A stretch of DNA of 64,000 nt from positions 16,182,001 through 16,246,000 of the forward strand of contig JBHGNT010000007.1 of the NCBI GenBank assembly GCA_043228905.1, read 5' to 3'. The position numbers and the translations under genes are program-made. Each line of letters begins with the position of its first letter. Position 1 is the stretch's first letter. The notes beneath the pieces are model-generated. The model made no database searches and was not told the origin of the DNA. It saw only the letters and a list, made by a program, of their open reading frames with translations. The DNA comes from Azolla caroliniana (taxonomy: Eukaryota > Plantae > Polypodiophyta). Positions 36,501 through 48,412 of the stretch are shown here, piece by piece.

Positions 36501-39500
36501 AAATCAAGGACGTTGTGGACTTGAGCTATCTTCACGACCAACGCGTGATTTTGGTTAACTCCGTCAACATGTACGCTATCATCGATGAATACCGTCGTGG
36601 CATCTCGATGAAGGAAGTTGACATCAACACGAAATATAAAACGGTGGATAAGAAGATCAAGCCAATTGCGGTTCCGCTACCGGAAGATAGCTGGCAAAAG
36701 ATGAAGTCGCTAATGATCCAAGCTTAAGAGATCCGAAGAAGATAGGTCATGTCTTCACCAAAGAGACAAAGGGGAAGCTACGAGTTGGAAAGGAGGATTT
36801 CCTTCTCCCTGAAGAGGAGCGAATGTTTCGCGATATGCTTGAGAGACATGAGAAGGCTTTCGCATTCTTCCCATGAGAAATCGGATGCACCGACCCAAAG
36901 GTTATAGAGCCGATGGTTATCTTCACGGTGCCTCATGTGCCTTGGAATTTGAAACCGATACCGGTTCCGAGAGCACACCTTCTGAAGCTGATCGAGCTCT
37001 TAAAGGAGAAGGTGAGTATGGGAATTCTAGAACCGTCGAATGCTCCTTATTCCAATAGGTGGTTCACAGTGCCGAAGAAGAATGGATCATTGCGATTCAT
37101 CCAAGATCTTCAACCCGTCAACAAGGTGACAATTCGAAATGTCGGAATCGGTCCGAGCGTGGACGAATTTGCCGAAGCGTTTGCGGGCCGGTCCATCTAC
37201 TCCATTGGCGATCTCTACTCCGGATATGACCAATTCCAATTGGCGATCGACAGTCGGGACATTAAAACCATGAGGACTCTGGTTGGGCTTGGGCAGATGT
37301 GTACCTTACCCCAAGGCGCAATGAACTCGGTGGCTCATATGGTGAATGTTATGAATAAAGTCTTGAAGGATTGCATCCCGAACATCACGATGCCATTCTT
37401 GGATGATATTCCGATAAAAGGATGTTCGGATGCGGAGAAAGATGAATCGAAAGATAAGGAAGGTTGTAGAAAGTTTGTTGCGGATCATATGAAAGATTGC
37501 GAGAAGGTGCTTCAAAGGCTCGAAGATGCGAATTTGACATTTTCGGGAGAAAATTCCGCATTCGGGCAACCGGAGATCTATGTGGTAGGTCACTTGTGTG
37601 GGGCATACGGCCGGAAGCCTTCGCCATAAAAAGTGAATGCAATCCAAGACATGAAAGAAGAATGCGAAAATCAAACGGAGGTTAGAAGGTTCCTTGGAGC
37701 ATGCGCATTTTATCACATCTGGATTCCGCACTACACTCATGTCGCCGAACCGTTATATGGAATACTAAAGAAAAGAATGAAGTTCGAATGGCGAGACGAG
37801 CACACAAATGCGATGCGTAGATTGAAGAAACTGCTTCTTGAAGCTCCGGCACTAAGGAAGGTCGACTATGATGAAGCGAAGCCGATTTACGTGACCGTAG
37901 ATACGAGCCCAACCGGAATCAGGTGGGTCATCAATCAAGAAGGAGAAGATAATGCACGATATGACGTCCGGTTCAGAGCAAAGATTCTCAGCGAACGGCA
38001 ACAAAGTTATGCCCAAGTCAAGCGAGAACTTTGGGGTATTGTGTCAACAATGAAGACGGACAAAGATTACCTGATCGAGTCGGAAGTGATAATAGAGACA
38101 GATTGTCTCCCAATTCTCGAAATGGTCTCGGGATGTGCGACCCTAGATCTTGTTATGCTAAGGTGGATCGCCTACATCAAGTCTCTAAACCCAGAAATCT
38201 GTCACATTGCAGGGAAGAAGAACGCCATGGCTGACATGTTGTCGAGGGCAAGATTTGAAAATGGAAGCGACATGGTTTCGGAAGATGAAGATGTCACCCT
38301 CGACTTCTTCAGATGGCTCGATTATCGACGGAAGACCAGGACACACAAACCCTCCACGCCTTCAACGAGAATGAGTACGAAGGAGAGTGGTTACTGATTG
38401 GTAGATTCCTAAGAACATTGATGGTTGATGCTTCGTTGACAAAGGAGGAGGCCCTACAAATCGGGAAGAAAGCTTACCGATTCTTCTTAAAGGGAGGATT
38501 CCTTTGGCGCCATCCAAAAAGAAGGACAGGAATACCTCTTCGAGTGGTGGTGAAGAAAGAAGAGCAAGAGATGTTGATGACCGAATTCCACGAGAGTGCT
38601 TGGGCAGGTCATAGAGGAACATGGGCGACGTTCGAAAAGTTGAAGGAGAAGTACTGGTGGCCAAGCATGTACAAAGATGTACTCCATTTCGTGTCCACAT
38701 GCGAAACTTGCCAAAAATATTCAAATATATGTCATCGCGATGAGTTACAACCGACATACCCACTCACCATACACTTCAAATGGATGGTGGATCTGGTCTC
38801 GATGCCAATGGGAGTGGGACAAATGAAGTACTTAGAGCTGGCAAGGGAAGACTTGACAAATTAAGTGGAAGGACGAGCCTTGACAAATAAGACGACTTCA
38901 GCCGTTTGCAAATTTTTGCTTGAAGAGGTTGTTTGCCGATACGAATGTGTGGGGAAGATAGTGGCCGACCGAGGGGAGTTGGATGCGCACAAAGCGATGG
39001 AGCTCTTCGAACGACTAGGCGTGAAGCTCTCCGTCACGACTGCCTACAATCCGGAAGCGAATGGGAAGATCGAGCGAGGGCATGGACCTATCGTTAAAGC
39101 CATCGTACGGGCATGCAACAGTCGAGTCGGGAATTGGCCACGACTATTACCCTATGCCTTGTGGGCCGATAGAACGACACACAGCTCGGTGACAGGGTAT
39201 ATGCCGACGGAGCTTATGTATGGACAAAAGTCGGTTATGCCCATCAAAAGGACGATCGCCTCATGGGTAGCGATACCGTGGGAGAACGAGATGAGCCGAG
39301 AAGAGTTATTAGTGGCATGGATAAGGAAACTTGAAAGAAGACCTGAAGATCTAGAAAAAGCGTGAAAGATGATGGAGGCAGCCCGAGTAAAGAACAAAGT
39401 TCGGTTCGACAACACGCATCGACTTCGTCCCAAGAAGATTGAAGAAGGAGATTGGGTTTTGGTTTACGACAGCAGCCTTGACAATCAACACAGTACAACA

Positions 39501-40307
39501 AGAAAGCTCGCAAGAAGATGGCTCAGGCCGTATGTGGTGACAAGTGTCAACGATAATGCCACATACCACCTTGCGGAGCTAAACGGATCAAGGTTGGTCG
39601 TACCCATTGCGGGAAAAAGAGTAAAGATTTTCAAGAAAAGACAAGACGAGAATCCTGACCTCGATCACTTCAACGATGAACATAATAGGGCGGATGTAAA
39701 TGAAGACATGGAGGATCTGATTGATCACCGTAGCCGAAATCTCACTTTCTCTCTTCTTGGCACGTACCGGAGGACATGCGGTTTGGTGGGGGGTGGATAT
39801 CGTGAAGATTTTCGGCAATGGTGTGAAAATCACATAAAACGTACAAAATCGAGTATGAATCACATAAAACAATAATAGTGAAGTATCTAAGTACAAAATG
39901 ATGGAGGTCTTCAAGAGCTTTCGAATGCACTTTATTACACGAGAAACAGACAACTAGATGACAAGATATGAGAGTATAAAGTTTGTGAAAGGAAAAGAGA
40001 AAATTGTGAGATATCCCACATAGGCACGACAAATACAGCTCTCATCATATATAAGGTAGTGCAAAAGCTATTAACTTTGTGTCTATGTGTTGAGCATAGA
40101 GAGTTCAAGGTAACTTGAACTAAGAGTGGAGGTAGCCTAGCCACTCGAAAAGGTTTTGGCCAACCAAAACGGAACTGGACGGTAACCGGCAATCGGTGAT
40201 CCGATAGTATCAGCATCCGACGGGTCGGCGACGACGGGACAAACCGGCGTCATTTGGCATCCGACGACCAAATTTATAAATAAATATCACATATAAATAC
40301 ACAAAGA

Positions 40308-40377
40308 GGGAAGTGAAGATTCGAACCTTGCACCTCTTAGTTAAGAGTCAATAAGCTTACCACTAAGCCATGACATT
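40308..40377 (-). other. tRNA-derived (Lys-CTT-like) sequence with A and B boxes inside the F LTR
   Basis: Minus strand TGGCTTAGTGGTAAGC (D-arm), CTCTTAA loop, GGTTCGAATC. No acceptor stem, so it is not a functional tRNA. Confidence 0.6.
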
Positions 40378-40400
40378 TAGTTGAATTTACATTTCTATCA

Positions 40401-40654
40401 TTGGTAAGCCACTACCTCACCAACTAGCTAATCAGACGCGAGCCCCTCCTCGGGCGGATCCCTCCCTTTTGCTCCTCAGCCTATGGGGTATTAGCAACCG
40501 TTTCCGGCTGTTGTCCCCCTCCCGAGGGCAGGTTCTCACGCGTTACTCACCCGTCCGCCACTGGAAACAGCATGAAGATGCTTCTCGTCCGACTTGCATG
40601 TGTTAGGCATGCTGCCAGTGTTCATCCTGAGCTAGGATCAAACTCTCCATGAGA
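40401..40654 (-). rRNA. rrn16: Plastid 16S rRNA 5' fragment (nuclear plastid insertion, non-functional); plastid leader probably continues to ~40800
   Basis: Reverse complement reads TCTCATGGAGAGTTTGATCCTAGCTCAGGATGAACACTGGCAGCATGCCTAACACATGCAAGTCGGACG..., preceded by the plastid leader GAAGCTATAAGTGATGCAACTACGAA. Several transitions relative to conserved 16S positions. Confidence 0.93.
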
Positions 40655-43600
40655 TTCGTAGTTGCATCACTTATAGCTTCTTCCTACATGAATGAAGCTG
40701 ATTCGGAATTTCCATAGATGAAACTGATTGGTAATCGTCTCCTATCTCCAGGCACAGCCCAGGTTTATCTATCTCGTACCAGCCTCAAGCTCATCCATAG
40801 TGTATCTGCATGGAAATTCTCATACATGAGAGCTAAAATGAGTGACATGGTTATCATGCACCACATGTAATACATGAGCGCCAAATGGCAAACATGCATT
40901 TTATGCATGTCTTGTACCCTCACATGCATCATATGCATGACAGCATCTATAAAAGAAGGGATGAAAAAGAAGAAGGGTTAGGCTTTTTTTTATTATGAAA
41001 TTCAGAAGAAGAGAATTCGTTATCGAATTGAACGTGTAACTTGTTTCTTAAAATCTAAAATCAAGAGTTCAATCTTAATCTCTCTCAATCTAAAGTCAAG
41101 CATTCTATTCTATCTCAAGCTCTCTCTCTCTTTCAATCTAGCTTAAGTACTTTCTCACTAAAGCTTGCGCCAACTTCAAGTCCTTCCAGTCCAGAACCCC
41201 GGCGGTTCCGCCTCACGATCCGCGCGTAGTGACGGATCTTCACGACAACGTTCACCTGCCGCCCCCGATCTCTCCTATAGGACTCACGCCGGCACTCGGG
41301 CCGACCGCCGGATCGGTGTGAGGAACTCCGTAGACCGCCCATCCATAGTCCTTTGCCTTCGTCCCCTCTTCGGCACCGTTCGACACTCTAGGTCTCACAC
41401 CGGCTCTCGGCCGACCACCGGAGTCTCTAAAACCGGTGTGAAGGATCCTCCTTGGGCTTGTTGTATCTCTAACCCTTATCCCGGGTCTTCCTTCTTCGCA
41501 TGTCGGGAGGGTGGTTCGCACCACACGCTCCCCCCGTTGTACCGATGTACCGGTTATCAGCCTCTTCTAGGCCTGCCTCTTCCTAGTCCGCTCCGCCCAG
41601 CTCTCATCCGGGTCCGACCGTCACTACGCATTGTCGAGTCTTGTTTCCTGTCGCCACCATCCTTCTTACTCGGCCTCACGTTGCCACGTCGGCTTGGACT
41701 GCCAGTGTCTCCGGATCGGTGTGAGGATCCCATAGGACCGGCCTTCCTTTCTCCTTCTGTTTCTCCCCGTTGCCGTTGATCCCTCCTTTACGCTCCCCTA
41801 CCAGCTCCCTTCTCTTTCGGTCTCACGTTGCCATGTTGGCTTGAACTGTCGAAGTCTCCGGTCAAGATGTGGGGTAACCGATTTCGTAACGTCTTTCGGC
41901 GACTCGTCACGGGCCACCAACCCTTTTAGTGGTGTTGGTGGACAGCATCCGCTTTGTGATCAACCAAACCCCGCCTGGGCATGATTCTCCAATGTCCGGA
42001 GTTTCGGCTCCGATGCTCATCCCGCCGGATTCGTTCTGAACTCTTTATCACCTTCCTTTCGATTCCCGACCTTCGCCCGGTTGGTCTTTCTCCCCATGTA
42101 AAAGAGGATGGCTCGTTCTGCACCCTCTCCCATATCGGCACCCTCATGCCAATTCTGGCCCTGGTTGAACAATCCACGATCGGATCGCGCCCCACCCAAA
42201 TCGGAGTGTCGCGCGGGTCAGTCCCCGGTCATGTCGTTTCATGGTTCCTTCGTCGACCTGCTCGTAGGCGATTTCCCATCCATCTTTGCTGGCATCGTGC
42301 CAAGACTCCTCGATATCGTCATCCATCTCCTCGGTCTCACGTGGGCATAAAGGCCCGAATGCCGAGTTCTCCAGAATCGGTTTTGAGGGCTTTTGTCCGC
42401 TCCTTCCTCATATCGTCTCACCGGCGATTCTCGGTCTCACGCCGCCGCCTTCCTTCTGTTGGGACTCACGTGGGCACTCGGACCTGACTGCCATCGTCTT
42501 GGGAGCAAGTGTGGGAAGACGCATAAAGTCGCCCATCCTATTTGCACCTTTGTCCATAGCCACTAGCTCCTCATAGTCGGTGGTCGACTCCTTGTCGATC
42601 GCGCAAGGCCCGCCTGGACTTGCTTCTCCAATGTCCGGAGTTTCGGGCTGACGTGCCCAAAACCGCTTGTCAAAACGTTCCGATTCTACGATCGGTATCT
42701 CGGCCTTGTCCTTGGCCATTCCGTCTCCGCAAGCCGAGGGGGCGTTTTGTTCTGCACCCTCTCCCGTGGTACTGTCGTACCAATCTTCTGCCATCTCGTG
42801 AGGTAAGTCCGTCTCCTCGGCGTCGTCTTGGGGCCTCGTTCTTTCATCTGCTTCGAGCATCACCTCAAGAGTTGCGTAAACCTTCGCAAGCCGAGCCTTG
42901 CCGATTCTCTTTGTCGTTCGGCCTCTTCCCGTTGTGATGGCATGCCGTCGCGCACCTTCCTCCTAGCCTTCTTGGCCCCCTCGTCATCTAGCCGTTGGCA
43001 TACCCTTTCGACCTTCGACCAGTCCTCCGAAAGGCCATTCGCTCCGTCCTCGTCTTCAAGCTCAATCCCGATGGCCTCCCGTTCCGCTCAGTCGATCGAC
43101 TTAATGAACAACAGGACTTTGTCCGCCCCCACCAAACCTTGTTCCCGCTACGGGAGCCGAGCAAGTCGTCGCTTGAACTCTCAGAACTCCTTCGTTGCGC
43201 CCCAGTAGGCCTTTGCCAATGCCACCCACTGGTTGAAGCCGCGTCGTCCCCGGCTCTTCCGTCGTCCTCCATATGCCTGTAGGAGCGCCTCTTCGAAGGC
43301 CTCCCACGAACTATGAGCTTCTTAGAGCTCCTTCACTTCCGCGTGCATACGGACGACAACGACCCGACAGAAGAACTCCAGCCTCAACGCCTTGTCTACG
43401 TTTCACTCCTCCATTTCCACGTTGTAGGCTTCCAAGTAGAATGGGACCTTGTCCCCGTTGAAACGGCCAACGCTTTAGACCACTCACTCAACAGCTTGTT
43501 GCGTCGTCTCTCTTCTTGTTGTTGCTTGTCCAAAATCCCTCACCGCTTCGACAAAATGTTGCATGAAGTCGTCTTCTTCCAACTCCATTCTCCCTTGCCG

Positions 43601-44357
43601 TCCTTTCACGTCGGGTTCACCAAAGATGTAGCGTTATTACACGCGTGCGTGTAGAAAGGGGCGGACCACGAGGGTCTCCGACGAGGGAAAAAGGGATGCC
43701 AAGATAACCGACTCCGAACACGACCCGGAGGCAACCGAACATGAGAGAGAGAGAGTGTGTGCGCACGACACCGACTCTTATGCACAAGGAACAAAGGGCT
43801 ATGCTCCCGACACCACCAGATACACCAATATGCACAAACAGATACAAGTGTATATATAACAAAGGAAAGATACAACCCGGCTTCGAGCCGAGCTACACTC
43901 AGAACCAAAGACGTTAACCCTAACAGAGCTTTGCCGCCATGGCTACTGCACCCAGCTTCTCAAGAAGGAGAAGAAGAAGAAGACCACAAGACAGTTACTA
44001 ACCCTAGAAATTCTTAACAAACGACCCTCTACAAAATGGTATACCCTTACGACTCAAAATGGGCAACCCCATTCAAGAGACCCCTCCCTTCCTTTTATAG
44101 CCCAAGGAGGGAGGACCGTTACAATGTGGGATCAATACTCCCCCTCGTTTTCTATACATCGTTCCCTACTATACATGTGCACATGTTGCACACCACCGAC
44201 CTGCCCTTTCCACCCCAGTTTCACACCGTAGCCGGAAATCTTCACGACACCGTTGTGAGGGTCCGGCCCCTCCGGCCTTTCCCACACACTTGTCCTCTAC
44301 CAGAACCTCGTAGTTCTGGCACGCCGCTTCCACGAATCTGGTCTTTTCCTCAACCGG

Positions 44358-45646
44358 TGTTGTGTGAATCTTCACACACTATGTAAAAAAATAATGAAAT
44401 AATTATTATAGATTAGATTAGTAGCGTACTATAGAAAGATGGATATACTCAAGAGCTTCAAAACGTATTTTACTATATACAAAATGGAGAAATACATATC
44501 AAGTTATGTGAAAATAAAGTTTGAGAAGATAGGGAAATTAGAACTATCCCACATAGATAGGAAAGTTAAGGCCCTGGCTATATAAGCACCTTGAGCTCTC
44601 TCATTTTTCATTTGTGCTAAGAGCACTTTGGCCACTTTGTCTTGATGGATGATGGTGGCCAAATTCCCTAAAACCAGAAACCAGCTGGTAAACAAATTCG
44701 GAAACCGGCCAGTAAGCAAATCCGGGAACCGGCCGGCAAGCAAAACTGGAACCGGAACCGGCAAGCAAATCGGAACCAAAATCAGCCAACAAGCAAAACC
44801 GGAATCCGGCCGGTAAGCAAAACCGAAACCGTAACCGGCAAGCAAAATTGAACCGGTCGGCGAGGGACTCGGCGATCGGACGGAATTGGCTACCGGACGA
44901 GGTTGGACGCGGACGGACGGAAGATTGGATCATGCAACAAACTAAAGTAAAGTGAAGAGAATTAAAGTAAAGGCCATGTGGACGCAAGCAACTAAAGTTG
45001 GAGTGCATGCAAAAAGTAAAGGTCATGTGGACGGTCACATGCAACTAAACGAAAAAACCATGCAACTAAAAGAAAAAGCTAAGCAACTAAAAGTAGAGGC
45101 CATGCAACAAAAAGTGGAAAAGTTATGATCAAGGGAGAACTCCATATATATTCCATTTTTTTTCCTACACTCGGACTCTCTCCATATTATCTTAATTTTT
45201 TTCCTTTTCTTTCGGAGCTCTCTTATCTTATTGAAGCCATATCTCTCAAGTAAACCCTAATTTCCTTACGGAAGCCATATCTCTCAAGTAAAACCCTAAT
45301 TTCCTTACGGAAGCCATATCTTACTCATAACCCTAAATTTCCATATGGAAGCTATTCAACTCATAAAACCATAATCTCTTATCAAAGCCAAAAACCCTAA
45401 TTTTTTATAGAATTCATATCTTAATTTCCTCTAATCTATTACTCTAGCCATCTCCATTAGCAAACTTTTTGTAATCCCAATCTTGGGATTAATTGTAATC
45501 TTTCTTTCTACTTGTTAATGAAATTTGTTAATCTTTCTCATTTCGGTTAATTCTTAGTACATAAATACACGAATTTGATATCCTCTAGTCAAAGGCCCCG
45601 GGGTCTTGCCTCAACGTTCACGTATCCTCGTCGTATTTTCGCGACA
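44358..45646 (+). mobile_element. Solo LTR G (F-like LTR type) inserted in B gag
   Basis: TGTTGTG...CGCGACA. 4-bp TSD CCGG (44354-44357 / 45647-45650). Internal tandem repeats at 44670-44855, and 38-bp units with AAACCCTAA at 45233-45340. Confidence 0.88.
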
Positions 45647-47899
45647 CCGGATCGTCCCATCTGGTAACCTCTTGGATCCACTTCTCCGCGCGATCCGCTT
45701 CTTCCTTCCACAACCGTACTCTCGAGAGGCCTTGTAGCACCAAGGGCCAGAATCCAGAGTCTTTTGCTCCTTTGCTGCCATTGTCACTCTCGGCCCGAAT
45801 TACGGCCGAGGCCAAGCAGTGGATCGCTTCAGCATGTCGCACCACAGCTTCTTCCATCAATCGCTTCATTCCCCCGCACCCGATATTCAACTCTAAGGCT
45901 TGCCGGGTGTCGCCAGCATGCACCCGCCCGTTCCATAGATACACTACATTGCTTCTAAGCGCGTCGGCAAAGTCCGCGCACTCCTTCCGGACGTGGCCAA
46001 CCGCGTCACACCACATGCACCGTTGTCTTGCCGAAGGCTTCCGGTCCCGCGGTTGGCCTCTATTATCCCTCTGGGCCTGCCCGATTTGAAGATCATGCAC
46101 CATCTGTGTCAACTCTTCCAGAGCCGCTCCTCCGGATGGGCCCTTAACCACGTCGGTCGGGGCCGAGCCTATCTCCAGCCAACTCCGGGTCTCCTCCTTG
46201 TGCGCCGGCAGCGGCTCCTCAAGCTTCCTTGCCATGACCGGTCCCACTGTTGACGACCCCTCATCGCTCCACTCGCGTCATTTGTCAAAATGGTTGCAGA
46301 CCCTCTTCACCACAGCCCAGTCGGTCATGAGCCCTTCATCCATCTCTAGCAGGAGACCCACCTGCTCTCTGTCCTGCACGTCCACTGACTTGACGAATAA
46401 CAAGCCTCGACTCGTGTCGAGCACGGTCTTGTCTAACGCCGAGAGACGGACAAACCGTTTCTCGAACTCTTGGAGGAGCGCCGATGCGTTCCTCCCCTTT
46501 CCAGGGGTCTCAACCCATTCCATGAAGTCCCGCTTCGACTGTCGAAGCGAGTCATCGAACCCGTACTTCTCGAGGAGCCGCCCTTCAAAGTCCTCCCAGG
46601 TTTGGCAATTAGCCTGCACTTCAAGCACCTCTGCGTGGATGCCCAGTGTCACCACCCGAGGAAATCCGGTCAACCGCCTATCTTCTGGGATGTTCCTCAT
46701 TATCATCTCGGCCTGATAGGTCTTCCCCCTAAACCAGCCTATCATGCCGACAATCGACTCAATGGCCCTGTCTAGGGCACCTATACCCTCACGAGCGTTC
46801 ACTAGTTGGTCGACGGCCACCACCATGGCTTCGGTGAGTTCAGACCCTCTCATCTTCTGACTCCTCTACCACATGCTTCACGTCGGGTTCACCAAATTAG
46901 ATGTCGTGTTGTTTCGCTTGGGCGTAGGAAACTAAGGCGGGACCGCGGGGGCCTGGGACCAAGGAGTGCATAGAAACAAAGACAGAAGAGAGTGGAAGCA
47001 ATGGGCTGGCAAGTACCGACCTCCGGCAAGTAATTATATGAGAACGGCGAGTTCCTGTCACAAGCAAGTAGTGCTCACTGGGTAAAACGAATAACACAAC
47101 TGTGTACAAAAATGAACAGAGACACACGCTCGACCGGCTCCGTGACGACAGGGGATTAGAGTACACACAAATACACCGAGAGGGCGCAACCCAAAGGATC
47201 TATTAAGAAAACTAAACAAATACGATACTCCCGAGATTACAACCAGCATGCCGGGAGTGACCAAGCATGGACCCACACACACACACACACAAAACACTCA
47301 GTGGAGCCTTTGCCAGAAGCGCGCAGGCTTCTCTCGCAAGCAGAGACGACCTGGCAAAAACCTGCAGAGACCAACGGAAATGAGGAGAAGAATGCTCGGT
47401 TCCCAGTCCGACAGCACTTCGTCCTCACCCCTAAAAGCGATACCGTTTCATCCTTCTCCCCTTTCTTTTATAGGTTGTTGGGGAGAGATTGTCACATCCA
47501 GTTTACATCATCTTTATTCTCTATCCCTTCGAGCAGAGATACACTTTGATTTTCTAGCTAATAAATATATTCTTCCTAGTATATTTACATCATGCCAACC
47601 TACTCCTAGTCATGTGCAAAGTTATTAATGTGCGCGTCCCCATGTAAAGGAGACGGTTCACGCGCTTTACCCCTTAATTCCTCCTTAGGCCGGTTTTCTT
47701 CACGACAATGTTACAGACCCACCAATCACGACAAGTAACGACAAGCACTCGAAGCCAAATATCCTTGATATTTTGGAAGATGAGTAAAGGGAGGAGGTGT
47801 CAAACGTGCCAAGGCACTCTCCCACATGCGTGCCAGGTGTTGTCCGCCGTAAGAGGACAAACGTAAATAACGCATGATAAAGAAGTGTATTAATTATAA

Positions 47900-48412
47900 T
47901 AGAAGCGTTGAAGTAACGCGTGTAACGGTTCACGCAGGAAGCGACCGGCATTCCGTGTTGGCCTTCCCTTGCCAGTTTCCGGCGCTGTTTTGCCTCCCCC
48001 TCCTCGTGGAGGGTTCGGAACTGCTATCAGCACTGTCTCGGTGCCTTCAATTCTACTCTTGCCGACTGCCTCCATTGTGTGCCGACCCGCCTCGTCCTCC
48101 ACGCCCACGAGGCTGATCCGCCTCCATGTACAGCATCCGGTTGTCCATTTGAGTGGTCCTCGACCCACTCGCGTGGTTTTCTTCCACCATCAACATTGAT
48201 TGTAAGTTGAAGAAGGACGGTGGCTTCTCCTAGGTGAAAATTGTCGTCCGGATTGGCCCATTTTGGACCACCAAGGAAATTTTGGACCATTTTGTCTTCA
48301 TCCACCGTCACATTGATGGACCCGAGCGTGTCTATTGGTGCATTTTATACGACCAGGACACATAGTTGCTCCGGTCAAGCCTTTTTGTGGGATGCAAACT
48401 TGCCATACCTCT
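47900..48412 (-). pseudogene. Ty1/copia gag remnant
   Basis: DTLGSINVTVDEDKMVQNFLGG and EKPPSFFNLQSMLMVEENH followed by an RGRGG-rich region. Recalled as typical of copia (UBN2-type) gag in non-seed plants. Confidence 0.65.

Larger units (their letters stand above)
35949..41247 (+). mobile_element. Element F: Trp-family relative with an internal deletion (5' LTR cut at ~36351 and fused to pol); pol 36350-39720; 3' LTR 39798-41247
   Basis: TSD ATGT/ACGT (35945-35948 / 41248-41251). 35949-36351 matches 39798-40200. PPT GGTGGGGGGTGGA. RT/RH/IN are homologous to A2 and B. Confidence 0.88.
27556..44249 (-). mobile_element. Element C: non-autonomous gag-only element of the Trp-primed family, inserted in B gag; LTRs 27556-28185 and 43627-44249
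   Basis: Matching LTRs. TSD CCAT/CCGT (27552-27555 / 44250-44253). PBS-Trp at 43605, PPT at 28186. About 3.6 kb of its own internal sequence has the gag N-terminus but no PR/RT/IN motifs. Confidence 0.88.
5062..47707 (-). mobile_element. Element B: outermost Trp-primed Ty3/gypsy element hosting most of the nest. 3' LTR remnant 5062-5457 + 23230-23280; pol/PR 23354-27555; gag 44250-44357 + 45647-46853; 5' LTR 46902-47707
   Basis: 5062-5457 and 23230-23280 together match 47272-47707. The coding sequence rejoins across each nested insertion. PBS-Trp at 46877 and PPT at 23281-23292. The left LTR is truncated at its (CA)n tract. Confidence 0.85.

Noticed and set aside
40401-40654. Functional rRNA gene or bacterial contamination
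   Set aside because: Only the 5' ~250 nt are present, with a plastid-type leader and mutated conserved sites, embedded in an LTR with an intact TSD.
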